This document shows positions 25,411 to 32,000 of a DNA stretch of 32,000 nucleotides, one piece after another. The DNA comes from Nodularia sp. (in: cyanobacteria). Lineage in GTDB: Bacteria > Cyanobacteriota > Cyanobacteriia > Cyanobacteriales > Nostocaceae. The DNA lies in contig DASQZD010000086.1 of the NCBI GenBank assembly GCA_035638855.1, positions 55,422 to 87,421 of the forward strand, written 5' to 3'. The position numbers and the translations under genes were made by a program. Position 1 is the stretch's first letter. Each line of letters starts with the position of its first letter. The notes beneath the pieces were generated by a model, which did no database searches, was not told the DNA's origin, and was given only the letters and a program-made list of their open reading frames with translations.

Positions 25411-25476
25411 AAATACTTTTAAACTTCCTGAAATTAGGTGAAATAATAAACTTTAGCTGTTGATGAAGAAATGAAA

Positions 25477-25551
25477 AACCACAGAATAACACCGCGACAA
25501 ATTTCTTTCTTCCCTCTTCCTTTGCGCCTCTGCGCCTCTGCGTGACACTAA
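25477..25551. repeat. Direct-repeat copy B flanking the helicase/PLD cassette
   Basis: The sequence is aaccacaga...ctcttcctttgcgcctctgcgcctctgcgtgacactaa. It abuts the TGA stop (25553..25555) of the deacetylase gene. See copy A. Confidence 0.85.
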
Positions 25552-25552
25552 C

Positions 25553-26470
25553 TCATAACCTATATTGATGATAAACCTGACTAGCCGCCCGATGCAGCAA
25601 AGAATGTCGCCAAACCAGAGACTTCATATCATCAGCGTACCCCCCACCAATCACACAAGCCACGGGATAACCAGCACCCACACAGGTGCTTAAAACCTGC
25701 ATTTCCCGGCGAAAAAGACCACTATCACTCAAAGCTAACTTTCCCAAGCGATCGCCTATATGAGGATCTACCCCTGCATCGTATAATACTAAATCTGGCT
25801 GAATATGCGCTAATAAATCTGGTAAATAATTCGCCAAAGTTTGCAAATAAGCATCATCTTCCATTCCCACCGTCAAGGGAACATCCAAATCACTAATTTG
25901 TTTAGTACCGGGAAAATTAACCTCACAGTGCATTGAGAAAGTAAATACACTCTCGTCACCTTGGAAAATGAAAGCTGTACCATCTCCTTGATGCACATCT
26001 AAATCGACAATCAAAATTCTCTGCACAAGTCCCAATTTTTGCAAAACTCGACAAGCGATCGCTAAATCGTTGAAAATACAAAAACCAGAACCATAACTAG
26101 GAAAAGCATGATGAGTACCACCAGCCGTATTACAAGCCAAACCTTGACTTAGTGCCATCTGTGCCGTCAGTATTGTACCACCAACCGCTACACAGGTGCG
26201 ATTTACCAATTCTAGACTCCAAGGTAAGCCAATTCGACGCTGTGCTTTTGGTTCTAGTGTTCCCTCGCAGTAAGCTGTAACGTATTCTGGGGTATGCACC
26301 AACTCGATTAACTCCGGCGCTGGGCGCTTGGGTGTGTGAAATTGTTCGGTTTGCGCCACACCGTCAGCTAACAGCAATTCATAGAGTTTTGCGAACTTCG
26401 ACATGGGGAAGCGATGCCCTGCCGGCAGTGGTGCAATATAATCTGGGTGGTAAATAATTGGCAATTCCAT
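25553..26470 (-). CDS. Histone deacetylase-family protein (AcuC / acetylpolyamine amidohydrolase-like)
   Basis: The motifs GGTHHAFPSYGSGFCIFND, VDLDVHQGDGT and GGGY are present. I prefer the ATG at 26470 (MELPIIYHPDY..) to the track start at 26530, which adds an unlikely hydrophobic 20-aa leader. Confidence 0.88.
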   Translation of the reverse strand: MELPIIYHPDYIAPLPAGHRFPMSKFAKLYELLLADGVAQTEQFHTPKRPAPELIELVHTPEYVTAYCEGTLEPKAQRRIGLPWSLELVNRTCVAVGGTILTAQMALSQGLACNTAGGTHHAFPSYGSGFCIFNDLAIACRVLQKLGLVQRILIVDLDVHQGDGTAFIFQGDESVFTFSMHCEVNFPGTKQISDLDVPLTVGMEDDAYLQTLANYLPDLLAHIQPDLVLYDAGVDPHIGDRLGKLALSDSGLFRREMQVLSTCVGAGYPVACVIGGGYADDMKSLVWRHSLLHRAASQVYHQYRL

Positions 26471-26615
26471 AATATTTATTTTCAACCATAGTCGGAAACA
26501 AAATATACTTATTAATCGCTCATTCTCCAATTATCAGCAAACAAGGAAATTAAACAAGATAAAATTTACAAATGATGGCATCATTCAAACAAATTATCTG
26601 TAAATTTGCATTTAA

Positions 26616-26801
26616 ACAGATATTACTTGGCGAAATACAACTATTAAAAATGGATATTTTGACCACCGCATTGCTAGGCATTTATTGATCAAGAAATTGC
26701 ATAAACGCTACCACAAAGAAGGCATCCAAATTCCTTTTCCTGTCAGAGATGTTTATGTTCAGAATAATGGAACCGAAAGTTCAAATCTTGATTTAAATTA
26801 A
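26616..26801 (+). pseudogene. C-terminal remnant of a mechanosensitive-channel (MscS-family) gene
   Basis: The frame reads ..FDHRIARHLLIKKLHKRYHKEGIQIPFPVRDVYVQNNGTESSNLDLN*. The (K/E)EGI(E/Q)IPFP(Q/V)RDV(H/Y) stretch is the typical MscS C-terminal signature. There is no start codon and no channel body upstream (a stop lies at 26613). Confidence 0.55.
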
Positions 26802-26816
26802 AAGTGCTGAATATAT

Positions 26817-26841
26817 CCCCGACTTCTTCAAGAAATCGGGG
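26817..26841. terminator. Hairpin between the MscS remnant and the SEDS gene
   Basis: In ccccgacttcttcaagaaatcgggg, 6 bp pair, then one mismatch, then 4 bp around a 3-nt loop. It sits 8 nt from the stop of the minus-strand SEDS gene. Confidence 0.45.
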
Positions 26842-26848
26842 AGATGAA

Positions 26849-28165
26849 TCAATAATACTTCTGTCGTTGTCGAAAATTGGCTACCGATTCTACTAAGCCT
26901 AAAGCAATGAAATTGGTTAGCATGGCTGAACGTCCGTAGCTCATCCAAGGTAGGGGAATTCCGGCTACAGGCGCTAAACCAACGGTCATCCCGACGTTAA
27001 CAAGTAGCTGAAATACAATCATTGATAAAACACCAATAGCTAACAATGAACCAAAGTTATCTTTGGCAGTTTGAGCTATGTGCAGTAGGCGAAAGCAAAT
27101 CAAGCAGAATATAAACAATACAACTAAACAACCAACAAAACCAAATTCTTCACCCACGGCGGAGAAAATAAAGTCTGTATGTTGTTCGGGTACGAAATTC
27201 AGCTGTGTCATTGGCCCTTTGAACAAACCCCATCCCCAAACTTCACCAGCACCTATAGCAATGCGAGATTGGTGTTGGTGATACCCAACGCCGAGAATAT
27301 CGTATCCAGGTTTGAGAAATACAGTCAGGCGGTTTTTTTGATAATCCCTCAATATGTGGTTCCAGAAAAAGACTCCTAATTCACCACCTAAGAAATTGAG
27401 AGCTGATGCACCAATACCATTGAGGACAAAATGATTACGCCAGGGGAGAGTTAGGCAACCCAAAATGCCCATAGCGACTATCCAAACAAACCCTAAAAGT
27501 CCGAAAGATAATTCATTAAATAAAATTATCGGCTCTGAAAAAGGCCAACTTATACTAAAAAGAATGGCAGAAATGATCGGCGAAATCATGAGGATCAGCC
27601 AGCCAGGGTTAGCATTTGCCCAGTACAGCATTCCTAAGACGATGGCACCAAATACCAAGGATGTTGCTAAATCTGGCTGCAAAAAGATTAATGCCCAAGG
27701 AATCGCCGTGATTGCTAAAGCGCGGAAGACATTGTTTATACTAGCAGCTGTGCGCTTGTGTAACACAGCCGCTAAGGTGATAATCATCCCGATTTTGGCA
27801 AATTCTGAAGGCTGCACGTTGAAGTCACCAATAGTAATCCATCGCTGCGCCCCTTTCGCGCTAGTGCCAATAATCATCACGGCAATCAGGCTGATGTTCG
27901 TTAAAGCGTATGTTACCCAATGCCAGTGAATCAGATTTTCATACCGGGTACGAGCTAAACACAAGGCTATAAAAACGCCGATCCCAGCCACCATCCAGTG
28001 CCACCACCAGTCAGTCACTGCTTGCGTTAGTTCCGTACTCAGGATCATCAATCCACCAAACATACTGACACTAATAACCAGGGAAAATAGTAGCCAATCT
28101 ACTTGTTCCCAGGGCTTAACCCAAGATTTCCAGCGACTTTTGGGGCGCGAACGTTTTAACAACAT
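26849..28165 (-). CDS. SEDS-family peptidoglycan glycosyltransferase (RodA/FtsW)
   Basis: The 438-aa product is polytopic and contains QPSEFAKI, LQPDLATS, and NFVPEQHTDFIFSAVGEEFGFVG followed by GLAPVAGIPLPWMSYGRS. Confidence 0.88.
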   Translation of the reverse strand: MLLKRSRPKSRWKSWVKPWEQVDWLLFSLVISVSMFGGLMILSTELTQAVTDWWWHWMVAGIGVFIALCLARTRYENLIHWHWVTYALTNISLIAVMIIGTSAKGAQRWITIGDFNVQPSEFAKIGMIITLAAVLHKRTAASINNVFRALAITAIPWALIFLQPDLATSLVFGAIVLGMLYWANANPGWLILMISPIISAILFSISWPFSEPIILFNELSFGLLGFVWIVAMGILGCLTLPWRNHFVLNGIGASALNFLGGELGVFFWNHILRDYQKNRLTVFLKPGYDILGVGYHQHQSRIAIGAGEVWGWGLFKGPMTQLNFVPEQHTDFIFSAVGEEFGFVGCLVVLFIFCLICFRLLHIAQTAKDNFGSLLAIGVLSMIVFQLLVNVGMTVGLAPVAGIPLPWMSYGRSAMLTNFIALGLVESVANFRQRQKYY

Positions 28166-28254
28166 TGTGCGATTTTAAACTTTAAATTTATTGACTACTG
28201 TGGATTAGTATTCCTAGTCTATGGCCCAGGAATCAGGCAAAAACTAGAAATGGA

Positions 28255-29325
28255 TTATGTCAGAGCCGCAACTGATATTTTACCTGCAATATTCAGTGCG
28301 ATCGCTTTTAATGCTTTTGCCGAAGCTGAATCAGGATCAGCAACCACTATTGGCACACCGTTATCACCGCCAATTCTCGTGGAAATCTCTAGGGGAATGC
28401 ACCCCAGTAAAGGCACTCCCAACTCAGCTGCTGTCTTGGAACCACCACCAGAACCAAAGATGTCATACTGCTTATCTGGCATATCCGGCGGAATAAAGTA
28501 GCTCATATTTTCTACTATTCCCAAAACCGGGACATTCATCTGCTGGAACATCCGCAAACCTTTACGTGAATCCAACAGGGCGACATTTTGGGGTGTGGTA
28601 ACAATTACTGCCCCTGCCATCGGTACTGATTGAGTTAAAGTTAATTGAGCATCACCCGTTCCCGGCGGCATATCTACGATTAAATAATCCAGTTCTCCCC
28701 ATTCCACTTGATAGAGAAACTGACGAATTACACCATTGAGCATTGGACCCCGCCAAACCACTGGCTGATCTCGGTCAATCAAAAAGCCCATTGAAACTAA
28801 TTTGACACCGTGATTAAAAGCAGGTTCGAGAATGTCACCTTTGTCTGTGGAACGCACCACAATTTCCGCATCAGCTAGCCCCAGCATCGTCGGGTCGTTG
28901 GGGCCGTAAATATCGGCATCGAGTAATCCCACTTTTGCCCCTGTTTGTGCTAAAGCCACAGCTACATTCACCGCTACTGTGCTTTTACCAACACCGCCTT
29001 TACCACTGGAAACAGCCAGAATATTTTTTACCCCACTAATTCCAGTCCGGTCAGGCAAACTTTTTTGTTGGGGTGTTTCTGCTGTTACATCTACGTTGAC
29101 CTCTGTAACCCCTGGTAGCTTGTTAACAGCTTTTTTACAATCTTCAACAATAAATTCACGTAAGGGACAAGCGGGTGTAGTCAATACCAACGTGAAGCTA
29201 ACCTTACCAGCGTCAATTTTGACGTTGCGAATCATATTCAGTTCCACCAAACTCTTGCGGAGTTCTGGGTCTTCTACTGGTCGCAAAACTTCTAAGACAG
29301 AGATGGAATCGAGAACATCGTACAT
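28255..29325 (-). CDS. Mrp/NBP35-family Fe-S cluster carrier ATPase with N-terminal DUF59/MIP18 domain
   Basis: The DUF59 segment is VEDPELRKSLVELNMIRNV...TTPACP. The deviant Walker A is AVSSGKGGVGKST. DMPPGTGD and the C-terminal region follow. Confidence 0.9.
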   Translation of the reverse strand: MYDVLDSISVLEVLRPVEDPELRKSLVELNMIRNVKIDAGKVSFTLVLTTPACPLREFIVEDCKKAVNKLPGVTEVNVDVTAETPQQKSLPDRTGISGVKNILAVSSGKGGVGKSTVAVNVAVALAQTGAKVGLLDADIYGPNDPTMLGLADAEIVVRSTDKGDILEPAFNHGVKLVSMGFLIDRDQPVVWRGPMLNGVIRQFLYQVEWGELDYLIVDMPPGTGDAQLTLTQSVPMAGAVIVTTPQNVALLDSRKGLRMFQQMNVPVLGIVENMSYFIPPDMPDKQYDIFGSGGGSKTAAELGVPLLGCIPLEISTRIGGDNGVPIVVADPDSASAKALKAIALNIAGKISVAALT

Positions 29326-29704
29326 ACTATTTCTACTGTTAATGCTGTAACAAAATTTAAGAAAATTTTATGATCATCTACTATGATGTTAACTTTGTTT
29401 GGAACTTGGAGATGAGCAACTCCCCATTCCCCATTCAAACGGCCTATAGACTAATGGACGAGAGTCTGGTATCGGTACAAAAATGTTTACATCAAGAAGT
29501 ACAAATAAAATTCAGTCAATATACAAGCCTATACGCATTTGAGGGAAAATAGCTTTAGTCATGCCCATAAATGGCTTAAATGCTGATCAGTAAGAAAAAA
29601 GTATATTAGGCAATTCAGCTTGATTATTCGCTCTTATTGCCCACAAATGTTTAAATTAATTAATTTGTGGATTTTTGAAAATTGTAATTTAGGTTCGGGA
29701 ATCT

Positions 29705-30748
29705 ATGTTGACTAACTCGCAAACGCCAACTGTAGAAGCAACACCATCCAAGTTTTTACCTGGAACTGACTCTCAAGCTAGAGTAAGTCAGTTTATGAAA
29801 CAGCTACAAGATGAAATTACCGAAAAACTGGCAGAACTCGATGGTGGGGGTAAGTTTTACGAAGACAGTTGGGAACGTCCAGAAGGAGGTGGCGGGCGAT
29901 CGCGTGTGCTGCGTGATGGGGCAATATTTGAACAAGCTGGGGTAAATTTTTCGGAAGTTTGGGGTTCTCATCTCCCCCCCTCGATTTTAGCCCAACGTCC
30001 AGAAGCAGCAGGACATGGGTTTTATGCTACGGGTACTTCTTTGGTGTTACACCCAAAAAATCCTTACGTCCCTACAGTCCACCTGAATTATCGCTATTTT
30101 GAAGCGGGACCAGTTTGGTGGTTTGGTGGCGGTGCTGATTTGACTCCTTATTACCCCTTTGCTGAAGATGCAGCACATTTTCACCACACACTCAAGCAAG
30201 CTTGCGACCAACATCACCCAGAGTATTACCCAGTGTTTAAGCGCTGGTGTGATGAATATTTCTACCTGAAGCATCGGGACGAAAACCGGGGTGTGGGTGG
30301 TCTATTTTTGGATTACCAAGATGGTCAGGGTTTGTTATATCGCGGCCCTGACCAGAATGGACAGGCGGCTATTTATAGTAACGAAGTGGGCGCACCAGCC
30401 AGCCGCAGTTGGGAAGATTTATTTGCTTTGGTGCAAGATTGTGGCAGAGCATTTTTGCCTGCATACACGCCAATTGTGGAACGGCGACATGGGACCGAAT
30501 ATGGCGATCGCGAACGGAATTTCCAACTTTATCGTCGCGGCCGCTATGTAGAATTTAACTTGGTTTATGACCGAGGCACGATTTTTGGACTCCAAACCAA
30601 CGGACGGACAGAATCTATTTTGATGTCTTTACCCCCCTTGGTGCGTTGGGAATACGGTTATCAACCAGAACCCAATACTCCAGAAGCCGAGTTGTATGAA
30701 ACTTTCCTCAAACCTCAAGATTGGGTAAACTGGACACCCAGCGCTTAA
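29705..30748 (+). CDS. hemF: Oxygen-dependent coproporphyrinogen-III oxidase
   Basis: The motifs [61 protein letters not shown] and [20 protein letters not shown] are all present. Confidence 0.93.
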   Translation: MLTNSQTPTVEATPSKFLPGTDSQARVSQFMKQLQDEITEKLAELDGGGKFYEDSWERPEGGGGRSRVLRDGAIFEQAGVNFSEVWGSHLPPSILAQRPEAAGHGFYATGTSLVLHPKNPYVPTVHLNYRYFEAGPVWWFGGGADLTPYYPFAEDAAHFHHTLKQACDQHHPEYYPVFKRWCDEYFYLKHRDENRGVGGLFLDYQDGQGLLYRGPDQNGQAAIYSNEVGAPASRSWEDLFALVQDCGRAFLPAYTPIVERRHGTEYGDRERNFQLYRRGRYVEFNLVYDRGTIFGLQTNGRTESILMSLPPLVRWEYGYQPEPNTPEAELYETFLKPQDWVNWTPSA

Positions 30749-31026
30749 AAGCTACTAATCAGTGTTGTGGTGAGTTAAACTACTAAATGTCACCGATGGG
30801 GCATCACGGGGACGTAAAGCCAAAGCTCAGGAAATGTCCGATGCGATTGCAGGAGTCACTGAGAAACCTACATTGAATTGCTAACAATTTGTGTAGTATA
30901 TGTCACCTGTATCTTGTGAATTCAAGTAACAGTACTGGATAATTTTGCGGCTGGTGAGTCAATTAACTTACTTCACTGGAAATTTTTTTCGTGATGTGAA
31001 AGTAAAAATTCTCAAAACAAGTTTTT

Positions 31027-31446
31027 TTGGCTCACCAATCTCAAACTAAATTTAGACTAGTGCCACGGGGAGGCTTAGTGATTCAAATAGAACAAACCAC
31101 CTATACAACCCAAGACGACAATACCGTTATTGTTTTAACGCCAGCAGGACGCTTAGATATCACTACAGCTTGGCAATTTCGTCTGAAGTTACAGGAATGT
31201 ATTTCCAAACTCAGTCACCATATTGTCGTGAATCTCGGTCAGGTAAATTTTATTGATAGTTCTGGTCTCACGTCTTTGGTGGCGGGGATGCGTGATGCTG
31301 ATAAAGTCAAGGGTAGTTTCCGCATCTGCAATGTACATTCAGAAGCAAAACTCGTATTTGAAGTGACAATGATGGATACAGTATTTGAAATCTTTGAAAC
31401 TGAAGAAGAAGCTTTAGAAGGCGTACCTCGTAGCATCGCCAGTTAG
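31027..31446 (+). CDS. STAS-domain anti-sigma-factor antagonist (SpoIIAA-like)
   Basis: LTPAGRLDITTA...VVNLGQVNFIDSSGLTSLVAG carries the conserved phospho-Ser context DSSG. The start is uncertain: the track uses the TTG at 31027, and the GTG at 31078 (VIQIEQT..) is an alternative. Confidence 0.8.
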   Translation: MAHQSQTKFRLVPRGGLVIQIEQTTYTTQDDNTVIVLTPAGRLDITTAWQFRLKLQECISKLSHHIVVNLGQVNFIDSSGLTSLVAGMRDADKVKGSFRICNVHSEAKLVFEVTMMDTVFEIFETEEEALEGVPRSIAS

Positions 31447-31506
31447 CATCTGCCTACAGGCGCGATTAATCGCGTCTGTACAAGAAAATGCTAACTGTCC
31501 TGAATC

Positions 31507-32000
31507 TCAATACTGTTCTCGCTTGGTGTAGCGATAAGGGCCTAAAATTGCGCCCCAGGTTGCTTTTCCAGTATCCGTGTCAATTCCTTTGTCGTAGCTG
31601 TTAAATTCTACGGCTGTGGTATCAAATCCCAAAGAAACTTGGACAATCTGGTTGAGATAACTAAAGCAGCAACGAGTATTAGGCGGTTGAGTAGCAGTAA
31701 ACTTATAGCTGTTTGCAGCTAGTGTGTGTTTGGTAACTGTGAGGATGCAGCCTGGTAGTAAATCTAATTGATCCACCGTCAAAGTTTTGAGCAAAGCCGG
31801 ATTTTGACCTGCACCACTGAAGGCGCTGGGGTCTTTAAACATATAGTATTGTAGCTGCAAGGGTTCATCAGAGCCGCTCCCCGACATCAACCGCATAATT
31901 CGCTGGCGATAAGGATGGTCTAATTTAACTATATTAGCTTGCTCGGCAAACAAGGTGATGCTGTCTTCTGTAAATAAATCTACTGGTCTTTGCCAAAGAT
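31507..32000 (-). CDS. cpcT: CpcT/CpeT-family phycobiliprotein lyase (DUF1001); the 5' end lies outside the window
   Basis: The frame stays open to the right edge (..LWQRPVDLFTEDSITLFAEQA..). The segments HPYRQRIMRL, LPGC and WGAILGPYRY fit the CpcT beta-barrel lyase pattern. Confidence 0.7.
   Translation of the reverse strand, partial: LWQRPVDLFTEDSITLFAEQANIVKLDHPYRQRIMRLMSGSGSDEPLQLQYYMFKDPSAFSGAGQNPALLKTLTVDQLDLLPGCILTVTKHTLAANSYKFTATQPPNTRCCFSYLNQIVQVSLGFDTTAVEFNSYDKGIDTDTGKATWGAILGPYRYTKREQY

Noticed and set aside
25553-26470. The deacetylase gene as a third component of the helicase/PLD system
   Set aside because: It lies outside the flanking direct repeats and is separated by a 140-nt gap. 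Its G+C looks host-like and it contains HIP1 sites (about 25748 and 26055). It also belongs to a family commonly found as a stand-alone housekeeping gene in cyanobacteria. A functional link cannot be excluded without comparative genomics.
26471-26530. A 20-codon N-terminal extension of the deacetylase (MENERLISIFCFRLWLKINI)
   Set aside because: HDAC-family proteins start close to the conserved (I/V)YHPDY strand, and the internal ATG at 26470 gives MELPIIYHPDY. The extension is hydrophobic and AT-rich, like intergenic DNA.
27465-27929. A 154-aa plus-strand ORF, plus 27078..27281 and 27179..27379, antisense to the SEDS gene
   Set aside because: They lie entirely inside a well-supported polytopic RodA/FtsW-family CDS on the other strand, and show no motifs or ribosome-binding site.
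28250-29350. Plus-strand ORFs 28250..28501, 28257..28496 and 28979..29350, antisense to the Mrp/NBP35 gene
   Set aside because: These are shadow ORFs of a strongly supported minus-strand CDS, with low-complexity P/S/T/L-rich products.

Overview
This is a chromosomal window from a filamentous cyanobacterium of Nostoc/Anabaena type. The evidence is frequent HIP1 (GCGATCGC) octamers, phycobilisome- and thylakoid-related genes, and PEP-CTERM and pentapeptide-repeat proteins. Most of it is ordinary housekeeping: prk, petH, hom, a CurT/CAAD protein, a pentapeptide-repeat protein, an alpha/beta hydrolase, a LysM-M23 peptidase, trmL, gshA, an HDAC-family deacetylase, a SEDS (RodA/FtsW) protein, an Mrp/NBP35 ATPase, hemF, a STAS protein and a CpcT-type lyase. 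I found no rRNA, tRNA or CRISPR array.

Two accessory loci stand out.

(1) 19.3-25.6 kb holds a visibly AT-rich, HIP1-poor two-gene cassette on the minus strand. It is bracketed by ~40-70 nt direct repeats and sits between the deacetylase gene and gshA.
- It encodes a 1408-aa Upf1-like SF1 helicase whose core is split by a ~700-aa coiled-coil insertion.
- It also encodes a 592-aa wHTH + single-HKD phospholipase-D-family nuclease, apparently translationally coupled to the helicase.
- I read this as a divergent, Mokosh-type-I-like candidate anti-phage system, and it is the best candidate for something undescribed.

(2) 7.1-9.9 kb holds an NLR-like STAND gene with an N-terminal helical domain, an NB-ARC P-loop and seven near-identical 42-aa TPRs.
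- Its reading frame is broken by one in-frame TGA at 7542-7544.

The window also contains decayed remnants (a TnpB C-terminus and an MscS C-terminus) and several small repeats and hairpins. All assignments rest on reading motifs by eye; no database search was run.
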